Positions 30,295 through 40,325 of a DNA stretch of 64,000 nt are shown in pieces. Every line of letters begins with the position of its first letter. The first letter of the stretch is position 1. A program made the position numbers and the translations under genes. The stretch is from assembly GCA_038861545.1 (NCBI GenBank), contig JAWCCZ010000004.1:160001-224000 (forward strand). Reading direction: 5' to 3'. Source of the stretch: Thermofilaceae archaeon (lineage in GTDB: Archaea > Thermoproteota > Thermoprotei > Thermofilales > Thermofilaceae). The notes below the pieces were generated by a model. It worked only from the letters and a program-made list of their open reading frames with translations. It searched no databases and had not been told where the DNA came from.

Positions 30295-30322
30295 TACATC
30301 GGCTTTCCTCGATAATCTAAGG

Positions 30323-31426
30323 TTAGAAACTCCACCTGGGAAAAAACTTTACCTGCTCTTTCTTTTCTTCTCCAGCTTTTTCCACCTTCTGCACGGGAAG
30401 CTTTTTACCTGAGACTTCGCTAAAAGCTGCTCGAAGCTCCTCTTTAGTGGGTGGCGGTTTTAATCCCTCCGCCCTTGTTCGGTGCCCCAATGCCAGCCTC
30501 AACCCTTCTATCGCATCCTCCTCAATAACTTCGTACCTCCCGTTCAGTGCTGCTAGAGCCCTAGCAACTTTTACAGCTACGATATCCGGCCTATAACCAT
30601 CAACTTCTAACCTTGCACAAACTTTTGAAATTAAATCTACTACCGAGTCGCTAACCTTTATTTTAGGAAGAAGTTCCTTCGCAATGGCTATTCTGGCTTT
30701 TATCTCTTCTTCTGCGGGCACCCACTTACTGATAAACAACTGAGGCTCGGATTCCAGCTCTAAATTCCTTTTTACTATTTCCATCCTCAACTTAGGGTCG
30801 TGTACAGTCTCTAGTTTTACACTTATAGCAAATCTGTCTAAGAGCTGAGGTCTAAGCTCGCCCTCTTCCGGATTCATTGTTCCTATCAGTATGAATCTCG
30901 CAGGATGCTTAAGAGATATCCCTTCCCTTTCCACGACGTTCCAACCAAACGCGGCTGAATCGAGGATCGAGTCTACTACGTGATCTGGGAGCAAATTAAC
31001 CTCATCGACATAAAGGATCTGTCTATTAGCCCTGCCAAGTAGACCTGGTTCGAAGACTAACCTACCTTCCCTAAGGGTTCTCTCAATGTTTATTGTACCC
31101 AAAACCATGTCCTCTGTAGCGCCTATCGGTAATTCAACTATCGACATCGGTACTTCGCTGATAAGTAGTTTCTCTCCGTGTTCCCATTTTGACCTGCATA
31201 AGTCACACATACCCTCAGGTGACTCGGGATCACAGTTGAATGGGCAACCTTTTACCACTTTTATAAGTGGTAAAAGGTTGGCGAAGCTTCTGACTATACT
31301 GGATTTACCTGTGCCCTTGGGACCCATAATTAATAAACCCCCAATTGATGGATCAACGGCTAAGACAAGAAGCGCCGTCTTTAGGTCATCCACTCCAACA
31401 TAAGCTGGGAAGGGTAGTAATCGCAC
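30323..31426 (-). CDS. ChlI/BchI-type AAA+ ATPase
   Basis: GPKGTGKS, CPFNCDP, GATED..LG, FEPGLL, YVDEVNLL, MNPEEGELRPQLLDRF. Confidence 0.92.
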   Translation of the reverse strand: MRLLPFPAYVGVDDLKTALLVLAVDPSIGGLLIMGPKGTGKSSIVRSFANLLPLIKVVKGCPFNCDPESPEGMCDLCRSKWEHGEKLLISEVPMSIVELPIGATEDMVLGTINIERTLREGRLVFEPGLLGRANRQILYVDEVNLLPDHVVDSILDSAAFGWNVVEREGISLKHPARFILIGTMNPEEGELRPQLLDRFAISVKLETVHDPKLRMEIVKRNLELESEPQLFISKWVPAEEEIKARIAIAKELLPKIKVSDSVVDLISKVCARLEVDGYRPDIVAVKVARALAALNGRYEVIEEDAIEGLRLALGHRTRAEGLKPPPTKEELRAAFSEVSGKKLPVQKVEKAGEEKKEQVKFFPRWSF

Positions 31427-31496
31427 TCCATTACACCACTGTTAATATGCAGAAAATTAACTTATAAGCACTGCGCTAGATTTACGACTACTCTCA

Positions 31497-32024
31497 TTAA
31501 CGTAAGTGGAAAGTGATTTTTTCGTAACCGGTTACCCTTTCGCCTTCATCTATACGCATAATTATTATCCTGTCACTGATTATCTCGGAAGTTCCAGAAC
31601 ATTCAACCTCACTAACCTTCGAGTTAGGCGGGAGTACCCAGTACACTTCATAGGGGTATTCGGAAACCTCAGCCTCATACAAGTTTTCATAGTAGTTAAT
31701 ACCTTTCCGAGGCTTGCCTCTAAAGTGTATGAAAAACACTAGATAAGGCTCCTCCGGATTACCTTTAAACCCTAAGTTAGCTCCGATTACTAATGGTCTT
31801 ACACGTTCACCATTAATGACGGCTTCTTCCTTATCTAAGTGCGCCTGCATATTATAAGCTAGCTCTGAAAGCTCTTTATTCAGCCGCTCTATATTCCTGC
31901 TCACTCCCGCGTAGTACCTATTATAATCTAAGTACTCAAAAACTATAATTTGATTAAACTCTAAACTTTCACTTACGGTAAAAAAACCGCATGCGTGAAT
32001 TGGCTCTGCAGACTCTCTACTCAA
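31497..32024 (-). CDS. Hypothetical protein
   Basis: 175 aa ORF starting 10 bp after the PDO stop. Confidence 0.65.
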   Translation of the reverse strand: MSRESAEPIHACGFFTVSESLEFNQIIVFEYLDYNRYYAGVSRNIERLNKELSELAYNMQAHLDKEEAVINGERVRPLVIGANLGFKGNPEEPYLVFFIHFRGKPRKGINYYENLYEAEVSEYPYEVYWVLPPNSKVSEVECSGTSEIISDRIIIMRIDEGERVTGYEKITFHLR

Positions 32025-32033
32025 TTCATCCCC

Positions 32034-32711
32034 CTAGAGCCCGCTGGGCTCTACTCCGTTAGCTTTCAATATATACGATATAAAATGTACGTCGGGAGCC
32101 GCTCCCTCAAATTGAACTCGATCCTCCCCCTCAACCTCGATAATAATCTTCGGCACAGCATAGACTCCATATTTATCTGCTAAGTCAGAGAATTCTAAGG
32201 CTTCAATCATGTCACCATAAATCAGCCGGTTTACCATCGCAAATCTATGAGCGGCTCTAACCGCTAATGGACAGTAAGGACAAGATGGAGTTACAAACAC
32301 TTTTATTCTCGTTTTCATTGTAACGTATTTCCTTAACACCTCCTTAAGCCTTGGAGAGAGATTACGTGGCTCACCTCTAGAAACATCCTGAATATCCTCA
32401 ATTAATGATGCAAACTCGTATCCTGCAGGAGTTCCAAAGAAACGAATATTATACTGTTCGGCTCCATGCACAATTAAAGCAGGATACATAGGCACCTCCA
32501 GTCGAGAGGCTTCTTCGGATTCACTGGTATACTCTTCAACTTTAATCTTGTCAGAGACCTTTGCCAAAAGATCTAGGATCTCCCTTATATCATCACAGTG
32601 TTTACACCCCTCTTGGGAGTTAGTAAAAAAGAGCAGCTTTACAGGGTTGATTAAGGTTTTAAATGCATCGTGTAGCTCCTTCACTAAATCATCGCCGTAT
32701 TCTATAGGCAT
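32034..32711 (-). CDS. Protein disulfide oxidoreductase (two thioredoxin folds)
   Basis: CKHC and CPYC, FFGTPAGYEF, GVYAVPK. Confidence 0.9.
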   Translation of the reverse strand: MPIEYGDDLVKELHDAFKTLINPVKLLFFTNSQEGCKHCDDIREILDLLAKVSDKIKVEEYTSESEEASRLEVPMYPALIVHGAEQYNIRFFGTPAGYEFASLIEDIQDVSRGEPRNLSPRLKEVLRKYVTMKTRIKVFVTPSCPYCPLAVRAAHRFAMVNRLIYGDMIEALEFSDLADKYGVYAVPKIIIEVEGEDRVQFEGAAPDVHFISYILKANGVEPSGL

Positions 32712-32806
32712 AGAACCGTTAATTTTAGCACATGTTTAAATTTAAACGTATCTGAAGGTTATAGATCAACTTTGAGATATCGATACTCTTGTAAGGGTGG
32801 ATCGCC

Positions 32807-33643
32807 TTGACAACACAAATTGCATTAGGTTTATTTTTAACTGTAGTGGCTGCTTTTCTTGCTAAGAAATACAAAGCGTTAAGTAATGGCGGAATTGCAG
32901 CAGCAGTGCTACTAGCCTTAACGCTTTTAGCCACAAGCTGGGAGGGGTTCGTCCTAATGTTCCTGTTTTTCTCGTCATCCTCGGTTTTTACTTTAATCGG
33001 CTACAAGAAGAAAAAGGAGCGGGGAGCCTCTGAGAAAGAAGGGGGAAGAAATATTAGTCAAGTGTTGTGTAGTGGTGCTGTACCAGCCGCGGTTTCTGGC
33101 TTATGTTATGCCGTTAATGGGCTGCGGGGAGCCGCTGCATTAGCCGTAGCTTCAACCATAGCTTTCTCGAACGCGGATACATGGGCCTCTGAACTTGGAT
33201 CCCTCAGCTCAGCAACACCTCGCTTGGTAACAAATCCTTACAGAAAAGTCCCGCACGGCGTGTCGGGGGGTGTCACGCTTCTAGGCGAATTAGGAGCCGT
33301 GATGGGCTCTGCTTTCATAGCTTTTCCGGCTAGCCTGTTACTCGCTTTTGCTAAGAATTATGGGTGGAGTTGGGCTTCAGTTAACATTGACCCATTTAAC
33401 TTCGGTGTTGCCGTCCTCCTTTTAGGATGGGGTGGAGAAGTTCTAGATAGCATACTCGGTGCATTAATACAAATAAAGTATGTGTGCCCTAAGTGTGATA
33501 CATTTTCGGATAACCCCATCCATATATGCGGCTTCAAAGCTAAACCGGTGTCAGGGTTGCCCTTCGTAAAAAATGAGACTGTTAACCTAATAAGTGAGAT
33601 GGCTTTAGCTCTCTTGGCTTTAATTATTTCACTACATCTGTGA
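32807..33643 (+). CDS. DUF92/TMEM19 membrane protein
   Basis: RNISQV, ADTWASELG, GVSGGVTLLG, DSILGA, NETVN. Confidence 0.88.
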   Translation: MTTQIALGLFLTVVAAFLAKKYKALSNGGIAAAVLLALTLLATSWEGFVLMFLFFSSSSVFTLIGYKKKKERGASEKEGGRNISQVLCSGAVPAAVSGLCYAVNGLRGAAALAVASTIAFSNADTWASELGSLSSATPRLVTNPYRKVPHGVSGGVTLLGELGAVMGSAFIAFPASLLLAFAKNYGWSWASVNIDPFNFGVAVLLLGWGGEVLDSILGALIQIKYVCPKCDTFSDNPIHICGFKAKPVSGLPFVKNETVNLISEMALALLALIISLHL

Positions 33644-34007
33644 AGTCGAAGCCCACAGGGCCTAGCTCCTGTACGTCAAGTTCTAACTCTACTTTGTGTT
33701 CACCAGGAGTAAGCCCTTTACCTAGCTCGAAAAATATAGTAAGCTCATCCCCAACAGCGACATAAATCGATCTTCCTGCCGCCTCAGACGCTCTCATTCT
33801 CTCCCCCTTAAATTCAATCAGAATCCTTTCCGGAGACACTTCTTCGCCGTCAATTATAGCCCGCAATCTACCCCGCACGCTTCCACCACCTAAAGTATTC
33901 CTGAGTTTTATCCTAGCGCCGTCGAGTATTCCATCACCGTTTATATCTACGTTTTCCAAGCTACCCTTAACATATAATTGCCTAAGGAGATATCTAGGAA
34001 TGAACAT
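33624..34007 (-). CDS. Hypothetical beta-sandwich protein
   Basis: 127 aa, GGAG RBS, LLRQLYVKGSL motif. Confidence 0.65.
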   Translation of the reverse strand: MFIPRYLLRQLYVKGSLENVDINGDGILDGARIKLRNTLGGGSVRGRLRAIIDGEEVSPERILIEFKGERMRASEAAGRSIYVAVGDELTIFFELGKGLTPGEHKVELELDVQELGPVGFDFTDVVK

Positions 34008-34035
34008 GTTCTCCTATCTAAAGATTACTTCCACA

Positions 34036-35043
34036 TTAAAATGATTTGCGACTGTAGAAACTTCTTACTCTCTCTGAAAGCTCGCATGCCTTGCATAAAT
34101 CCCCTGAAGAGGGCATACCGCAAATCTTGCATGTTCTAAAATCACTTACTTCTTTACATATCCCAGTTAAAAGCTCTTTAAGAGCAAGTACCCTATACTT
34201 AACCATGGGATCTTCAAGCTCGATATAGTTAAGCCATCTGCGTACCACATTACGTATAGAGTAAACTATGTAGGGGCATTCAACATAGGGGCTTTCAATT
34301 GTGTGAAGAAGAGCATATGTCATCACTTCTTTTTCAGGAGTAAAGTAGAATGGTTTAACTCGTGGTACTAGAAGTTCATGGGCCTTTATATCGACAATTC
34401 CCTCTTTTAAGAAAGCAGTCAAGTTGGCTTGGATAGCGTTCATCAGGAAAGCTTGAGCCTCATCGTCTAAATTATGAGCTGTAGCCAGCTTATCGGCCCC
34501 GAGGTCAAGCGCGATACGATTAAGTAGGTACCGTCTAAACACTCCACAAGCCGAGCAAGGCTTTACTGATAACCCTTCCATCATTAGCGCAAAAACCACC
34601 TCGTCTAGCGTGAAGCCGAATCCCTCCTTGAAGGAGGTGACACATAGCCTAACCCCCCAAGCTCGCGCATACTTTTCTGCGGCGAGCTGCTTATACTCCC
34701 GGTATCCGCTTATACCTTCATCCACAAGGACTGCTACCAACTCAACTCCAAGCCGGTCCCTATACTTAGAAAGTAGGTAAAGCAGTGTTAGGCTATCTTT
34801 GCCTCCCGATACAGCAACTGCAACCCTATCGCCGGGCTTGAAAAGCTTAAATTTTTCCACTGTTTCAAAAAACCTGCGCTCGAAATACTGAGAAAAGTGA
34901 TACTCACAAAGGTGTAGCCCTAGATAAACTGATTTAACTGCTGCCTCCTTAGAGCAAATGCTGCACTTAACCAGATGGCTCCCCTGTTTCCATAACAAAT
35001 GAATTAAAAATATAGTTATAGATACTAATTTGATGACAAACAT
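34036..35043 (-). CDS. ttuA: TtuA/Ncs6-type tRNA 2-thiolase (true start about 34975-35000)
   Basis: N- and C-terminal Zn fingers, SGGKDS, CSACGVFRR, TAHNLDDE, ECPY. Confidence 0.88.
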   Translation of the reverse strand: MFVIKLVSITIFLIHLLWKQGSHLVKCSICSKEAAVKSVYLGLHLCEYHFSQYFERRFFETVEKFKLFKPGDRVAVAVSGGKDSLTLLYLLSKYRDRLGVELVAVLVDEGISGYREYKQLAAEKYARAWGVRLCVTSFKEGFGFTLDEVVFALMMEGLSVKPCSACGVFRRYLLNRIALDLGADKLATAHNLDDEAQAFLMNAIQANLTAFLKEGIVDIKAHELLVPRVKPFYFTPEKEVMTYALLHTIESPYVECPYIVYSIRNVVRRWLNYIELEDPMVKYRVLALKELLTGICKEVSDFRTCKICGMPSSGDLCKACELSERVRSFYSRKSF

Positions 35044-35302
35044 GATAAACTTGGAAGAAATTGTTACTGTAAGGGTTGGAAAAAAGGGTATTACTAACGA
35101 ACTTCTTAAAGAGTTAGATAACGTGCTCCGAGCCCGCGGTCTTGTAAAGGTACAATTCCTGAAGAACTTTCGGGATGCATACGGGATTAATCGTGAAAAT
35201 AAAGCCGAGATTGCTGCTGATCTTGCTCAAGCTCTTGGAGCCAAAGTAGCTGAATCAAGAGGCTACACTATACTTTTGAAAAAGGTGAAAAAGCATGGCT
35301 AA
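35042..35302 (+). CDS. YhbY/CRM RNA-binding protein
   Basis: VRVGKKGIT, LVKV.FL, RGYT. Confidence 0.85.
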   Translation: MINLEEIVTVRVGKKGITNELLKELDNVLRARGLVKVQFLKNFRDAYGINRENKAEIAADLAQALGAKVAESRGYTILLKKVKKHG

Positions 35303-35900
35303 TTACTATACCCACCCAACAGCTATTGTGGAGGAGGGGGCGGACGTAGGTATTGGTACTAAAATCTGGCATTTCGTGCACGTGAGAAAAGGAGCTAAGC
35401 TGGGCCCTAATTGTAATGTGGGTAAATGCGTCTATATAGATAGTGGAGCTGCAATAGGAAAAGGCGTGAAAATACAGAATTTTGTCTCAGTGTATAAAGG
35501 TGTTACCATAGAGGATGAGGCTTTCCTAGGACCCAGCGCTACTCTCACAAACGATCGGTACCCGCGAGCCTTCAGCGAATCATGGGAATTGGTTCCCACG
35601 ATAATTGAAGAAGGTGCATCCATAGGTGCTAACGCCACCATAGTATGCGGAGTTAAGATCGGTAAATATGCAATGGTTGGAGCTGGCTCAGTAGTTACTA
35701 AAGATGTACCCCCACATGGTCTAGTCTTAGGAAATCCCGCTAAGCTACGGGGCTTTGTTTGCTATTGCGGTAGGACGCTGAGGAAACTCGAAACGCTGAG
35801 GAAACAGCATGTAGTATTCAGGTGCGAGTATTGTGGGAGAGAGATTGAGATTTCCATGGACGATTACCTCAGGCTAGTAATTGAGAAATCAGTCAGTTGA
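35295..35900 (+). CDS. Hexapeptide-repeat N-acetyltransferase (WbpD-like)
   Basis: IWHF, VKIQN.VS.Y.GV, TND..P, GASIGANATI, GNPA, C-terminal CYCG/CEYC. Confidence 0.88.
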   Translation: MANYYTHPTAIVEEGADVGIGTKIWHFVHVRKGAKLGPNCNVGKCVYIDSGAAIGKGVKIQNFVSVYKGVTIEDEAFLGPSATLTNDRYPRAFSESWELVPTIIEEGASIGANATIVCGVKIGKYAMVGAGSVVTKDVPPHGLVLGNPAKLRGFVCYCGRTLRKLETLRKQHVVFRCEYCGREIEISMDDYLRLVIEKSVS

Positions 35901-36689
35901 ACCTGTTCCCTGAACCAAGCGTTTCAGTAAATCTACAGTACCGAAATCATATATGCCGACGTTTAAATCCACAGCATAAACCCTCATAGAGCTCACGTCA
36001 ACCCGCTTTAAGAGGGGAGATAGGAATCGAGCCCTAGGGACATTTACCTCAGTACCAGGCATCAGCGGTGAGGAGGCTGGAAGGACAAACATCACGGATT
36101 CTTCAATGCTGCCTCTAAGGAAACATTTTAACTTAATAGTGACGCCTAACTCGTCTCTCAAAATTATAGCTGGGTGCTCATGCGCGATAATTGTGTACCT
36201 AATATCCTGACTCCAAGCATCAAGCGGTAGCTCTTTATGCCCATGAGCAAAGAGGTACCCTTCCTCTATATAGTAGGGGTCATGAAGTGGAATTTCAAGA
36301 CGTTTAAGGATTGGTATAAGGAAGTTGTCATGATTCCCTCTTACTACATGTAACTTTAAACTCCTAGACTTCAATGTGGAAAAGAGGTCTAGGGTCTCGC
36401 TCCATTCCTGCCTTAACGCGCTACCGAACTCATGTTTTACATCCCCTAGAACAATTAACTCTTCAGCACCTGTTTCCTCAAGAGCTCCTAAAATGAAGTT
36501 TTTAATAAGCCTGTACTGGACAGCCGGTATAAAAACCCCTGCATCCTCTAACGCTTGCTCGTACCCTAGGTGCAAATCTGCAATTACAAGAATGCCGGAA
36601 TCCTCTAAGAACAGGGCATTACCAACAATTGATATCCCGTGATCTACTACCATTTCGGGTATCTGCTTTACATTATCCAGCTTATGCAT
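35889..36689 (-). CDS. Metallophosphoesterase (COG1407 type)
   Basis: ADLHLGYE, LGDVKH, GNHD, HGH, HEHP. Confidence 0.88.
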   Translation of the reverse strand: MHKLDNVKQIPEMVVDHGISIVGNALFLEDSGILVIADLHLGYEQALEDAGVFIPAVQYRLIKNFILGALEETGAEELIVLGDVKHEFGSALRQEWSETLDLFSTLKSRSLKLHVVRGNHDNFLIPILKRLEIPLHDPYYIEEGYLFAHGHKELPLDAWSQDIRYTIIAHEHPAIILRDELGVTIKLKCFLRGSIEESVMFVLPASSPLMPGTEVNVPRARFLSPLLKRVDVSSMRVYAVDLNVGIYDFGTVDLLKRLVQGTGSTD

Positions 36690-36693
36690 GCCT

Positions 36694-37035
36694 CTAAGCC
36701 GACCCCTTATCTCGGATGATAAACCTGGGGTTGCTTATACGTTCGCTTTTGCATTTCGGACATTTAGATGGCCTCTTCGGTTTATTTAAGTCCTTGAAGG
36801 TATATCCACAACTCAGGCATGAGGGAGGTTCCATTAACAGTATACTGCTAGTACCACGTAGGCTGCGCGCAATGTGGGCAAGGTCTTCGTAAATGATTTT
36901 AATCTCGCTCGGTTTTATGCCTAGCGCACTAGCAATCTGTTTAACATCAAGCGGTTTAGCTGTTAAAGAAAGCAGTTCGATAATCTGTTCTCGCCTACTC
37001 AAGTTAACCTCCCTTAGTAAGCTGCAGGATTGCAT
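36694..37035 (-). CDS. HTH + Zn-ribbon transcriptional regulator
   Basis: RREQII, DLAHI, CLSCGY...[12 protein letters not shown]. Confidence 0.85.
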   Translation of the reverse strand: MQSCSLLREVNLSRREQIIELLSLTAKPLDVKQIASALGIKPSEIKIIYEDLAHIARSLRGTSSILLMEPPSCLSCGYTFKDLNKPKRPSKCPKCKSERISNPRFIIRDKGSA

Positions 37036-37480
37036 CCTCTTGATTCAGTTCAACGCCGCAGAAGGAGCAAAACATCCTGAGAGGTCTTAAAGACTTTATT
37101 ATAAATTTAGGTTTCACAGGCTCTCTCGGCTGGTTTGTTATACAGTTTGGATTTGCGCACTTTAAAAGCCCTTCTATTACATGAGGAACTTGAACTTTGA
37201 CCTTCTCCGCAACTTCGTAGTCCTTAACGATGTTAATTGTAGCAGAGGGGGCTATCAAGGCTATCTTGCTAACTTGGTCTTGCCGAAGCTCTACACCTTC
37301 GATTTTCACTATATCTTTTCTGCCCAGCTTATGACTAGGCACGTTCATGACTACTGCTATTGTTAACCCCTCGCTGCCGTCTAATCCAAGTATTTTAAGA
37401 ACATGAAGCGCCCTGCCAGCGTCTATGTGATCGATTACGGTTCCATTCCTGATTTTACTTACTTTGAGCTCCTTTCCCAT
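37004..37480 (-). CDS. pyrI: Aspartate carbamoyltransferase regulatory chain
   Basis: [23 protein letters not shown]...CSFC. Confidence 0.95.
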   Translation of the reverse strand: MGKELKVSKIRNGTVIDHIDAGRALHVLKILGLDGSEGLTIAVVMNVPSHKLGRKDIVKIEGVELRQDQVSKIALIAPSATINIVKDYEVAEKVKVQVPHVIEGLLKCANPNCITNQPREPVKPKFIIKSLRPLRMFCSFCGVELNQEDAILQLTKGG

Positions 37481-37521
37481 ACACTCAAGTGCCCTGTCGA
37501 AGTTTAAAAACCTCCTTCCCT

Positions 37522-38445
37522 TCAACCCTTCAATATGAGCTTGAGTAAGGCCATTCTCACTGGAACGGCAAAGTAGGCCTGCTTAAAGTACCAAGCATAA
37601 CTTGTTTGATCCAAGCTATATGGTAGCTCGTCAACTCTAGGAAGAGGATGAAGCACAGTTAGGTTTTCGTTCGCATCCTTGAGTAGAACGTCGCTCACTA
37701 CGTAACTACCTTTAACTTTCTCGTACTCTATCGGGTCAGGGAAACGTTCTCTTTGAATCCTAGTTACATACAATACGTCTAACTCACATAAGACCTTTGT
37801 AACTGTAGAAGTTTCTTCGTAGTAAATCCCCTTTTCCTCAAGGAACTGGAGAGTTTCAGGTCTACATGAAAGCTGGGGAGGCGAAATTAGGTAAATTTTC
37901 TTAGGTTTAAATATGCTTAAGCCTAGTATGAAGGATCTTGCCGCACGCCCGTATTTAAGATCCCCCAGAACCCCCACAGTCAAGCCATCTATATGGCTGT
38001 GAGCCCGTCTAATTGTATAAAGGTCTATCATTGCTTGAGTTGGATGATCTCGTGTTCCATCCCCCCCGTTTATAACTGGATGTTCGGCAATCTCTGCCGA
38101 GAACCTAGCCGCCCCCTCTAGGCGGTGCCTTATCACTATAATATCCGCGTATGAATCAAGCATCCTCACGGTATCTGCTAAGCTTTCTCCCTTTGCCCTG
38201 GAAGATGCATCTTCGGGCGGTAGGTCTATGTAAGCTCCTCCAAGCCTCAGCATAGCCGTTTGAAAACTCAGCTTAGTCCTTGTACTTGGCTCGAAAAAAG
38301 CCGTCGCCATTACATAGCCGTTAAGTAAGTCCAACTTTTTCCCACTTGTTAATACGCTTAGAATTAAGTCGGTTTCCTCAAATAGCCTTTCCAAAGCCTC
38401 TCTTTGGAAATCCGTTATTGTTAATACATCCTTGCCAGCGAACAC
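37522..38445 (-). CDS. pyrB: Aspartate carbamoyltransferase catalytic chain
   Basis: [23 protein letters not shown]. Confidence 0.96.
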   Translation of the reverse strand: MFAGKDVLTITDFQREALERLFEETDLILSVLTSGKKLDLLNGYVMATAFFEPSTRTKLSFQTAMLRLGGAYIDLPPEDASSRAKGESLADTVRMLDSYADIIVIRHRLEGAARFSAEIAEHPVINGGDGTRDHPTQAMIDLYTIRRAHSHIDGLTVGVLGDLKYGRAARSFILGLSIFKPKKIYLISPPQLSCRPETLQFLEEKGIYYEETSTVTKVLCELDVLYVTRIQRERFPDPIEYEKVKGSYVVSDVLLKDANENLTVLHPLPRVDELPYSLDQTSYAWYFKQAYFAVPVRMALLKLILKG

Positions 38446-38458
38446 TGCAACCTCCCGT

Positions 38459-39019
38459 TTAACTTGACGGAGAATTTAAGCTTGTGTGGAAAGCGTATAC
38501 GAGTTCTTTAAGCTTAAGTAGCGCATGTAAAGCAACTCCATTATTGTTTAAAGCGGATTCCGCTCCTTCCTCCCTATCTATAACGACCAATGCATCCCTA
38601 ACCTCAAGCTCAGCTTCCCTTAGCACTGCGACGGCTTTAAGTATTGAAGACCCAGTCGTCGCTACGTCATCGACTACCACCGCTACCGCTCCTTTACTCT
38701 CCACGTGGCCTTCAATCATTTTTTGAGTGCCATGCTCCTTAGGTTTTTTCCTAACATAAATCAAAGGTTTATCAAGAATATAAGAGCATAGAGTGGCTAA
38801 GGGTATCCCACCACTCTCCACACCGGCTATGTAATCACAGTTGAACTGCTTAATTAGTTCAGCAAGCTCCGCAACCACTACTTTAAGCTCTACTGGGTGA
38901 GAGTATAGTCTTCTCACGTCAACGTACAAGTTACTAGTTTTTCCTGAACTCAGCTTGAACGTGCCGTGGAGTAAACATCCTGCTTTACTCAAAGCTTCTA
39001 TAACTTCAGTTTTACCCAT
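38459..39019 (-). CDS. pyrE: Orotate phosphoribosyltransferase
   Basis: [22 protein letters not shown]. Confidence 0.94.
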   Translation of the reverse strand: MGKTEVIEALSKAGCLLHGTFKLSSGKTSNLYVDVRRLYSHPVELKVVVAELAELIKQFNCDYIAGVESGGIPLATLCSYILDKPLIYVRKKPKEHGTQKMIEGHVESKGAVAVVVDDVATTGSSILKAVAVLREAELEVRDALVVIDREEGAESALNNNGVALHALLKLKELVYAFHTSLNSPSS

Positions 39020-39722
39020 TCAAACACCCATCCCACTTAGAGGTTTGTTTTTTAATTATGGCGTTTATCTCGTCACGTGCGACCTTGCATGCGCGACTTG
39101 GATCTTCGCTCAACGTCACCGCTCTACCGATTATCTCAAAATCTGCTCCAGCCTCTATAGCTGAGCCGGGCTGCGGCCCCTGTGCTCCGATTCCGGGTGC
39201 TAGCAGCGTTAGCCTAGGCGCAAGCCTGCGGACCCTTCCAATTATATCCGGCTTAGTCGCCGGTACAACGCAACCCTCAGCTCCAGCATCAATAACAGCC
39301 TTAAGCAAGTCTTCAAGGTGAGCGTCGATAAGTGTAGATTGAGGATGGCTCATAGCTATCAACCCAAAGAGGTTCGGCCTATTGGACAGCTTGGATAACT
39401 CCTGTATTCCACCTTGAAAAACGTGTACTATTGCACCGTCGAAACCCAGTTCCTTAATCAGTATAAGCTCCTCAGACACCACGTAGGGTATGTCAGCCAA
39501 TTTCATGTCACATAGCATGTAAAGAGCCTCGCCATACTTCTCGCATAAGTTTCTGATTATTTCAGGTCCCCATCGAAGCAGAAAAGGAAGCCCTATTTTA
39601 AGGCCAACCGCGTACTCTTTGATGAACTCTATAATTAAGTAGGGTTCAGCTGGTATGGTGTCAAGCGCTACGATAACCCTAGTTCCCTTCTCATGGGCTA
39701 GCCCCCACAGCTTACCAAGCAT
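39012..39722 (-). CDS. pyrF: Orotidine-5'-phosphate decarboxylase
   Basis: VALD, DMKLADIP, MSHP, PGIGAQG, IIGR. Confidence 0.94.
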   Translation of the reverse strand: MLGKLWGLAHEKGTRVIVALDTIPAEPYLIIEFIKEYAVGLKIGLPFLLRWGPEIIRNLCEKYGEALYMLCDMKLADIPYVVSEELILIKELGFDGAIVHVFQGGIQELSKLSNRPNLFGLIAMSHPQSTLIDAHLEDLLKAVIDAGAEGCVVPATKPDIIGRVRRLAPRLTLLAPGIGAQGPQPGSAIEAGADFEIIGRAVTLSEDPSRACKVARDEINAIIKKQTSKWDGCLNG

Positions 39723-39821
39723 CAACGCGACCTTTACAACATTGCATAAAAACATTCTGAAATACTGAAAATAACTTGAGCATTAAGAGAATCCTTAATA
39801 ACTTGTTTAAGCGGCTTTTAG

Positions 39822-40289
39822 TTGGTGGAACTAAGCGTTTCTGTTCAACCTATTGAGAAAATGTATAGAATTCTTCTTCCCAAATCAGTAGCCAGCTCAA
39901 TTATAGAACACATAAAAGGAGAATACCCCATCGAGGCTTGCGGAGCCTTACTTGGTCACGTAACCAGTAATTTCTGTTTTATCGATGAAACAGTCCCTCT
40001 AAGAAACATACTGGCCTCAACTACTTCTTTCTGGTTTGATGTTAGCGAGTGGATGCAGGTGATAATCAATGCTCGTAAGGTAGGTCTGGAGTATATTGGG
40101 CTTTATCACAGCCACGCACGCGATGAACCCCTTCCCTCGCTAAGCGATAGACATAGAATGATGGAATGCCCGGGCGAATGCTGGTTAATCGTAGCCTACA
40201 AACCCGGCTACCCAGTAAGGTTTGCGGCTTATAGAATAGATGACTACGGCTCTTCGATTTCTTCAATACCAATCGTGATCGATTTTTAA
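39822..40289 (+). CDS. JAMM/MPN+ metalloprotease
   Basis: E in PIEACG plus H-x-H-x7-S-x2-D (HSHARDEPLPSLSD). Confidence 0.88.
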   Translation: MVELSVSVQPIEKMYRILLPKSVASSIIEHIKGEYPIEACGALLGHVTSNFCFIDETVPLRNILASTTSFWFDVSEWMQVIINARKVGLEYIGLYHSHARDEPLPSLSDRHRMMECPGECWLIVAYKPGYPVRFAAYRIDDYGSSISSIPIVIDF

Positions 40290-40325
40290 ACGTTAGAGGA
40301 ATATCTCTCTTCAATACAGGATATC

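Noticed and set aside
35775-35805. ACGCTGAGGAAAC repeated with an 18-bp period
   Set aside because: Short in-frame duplication in a linker; no sign of function
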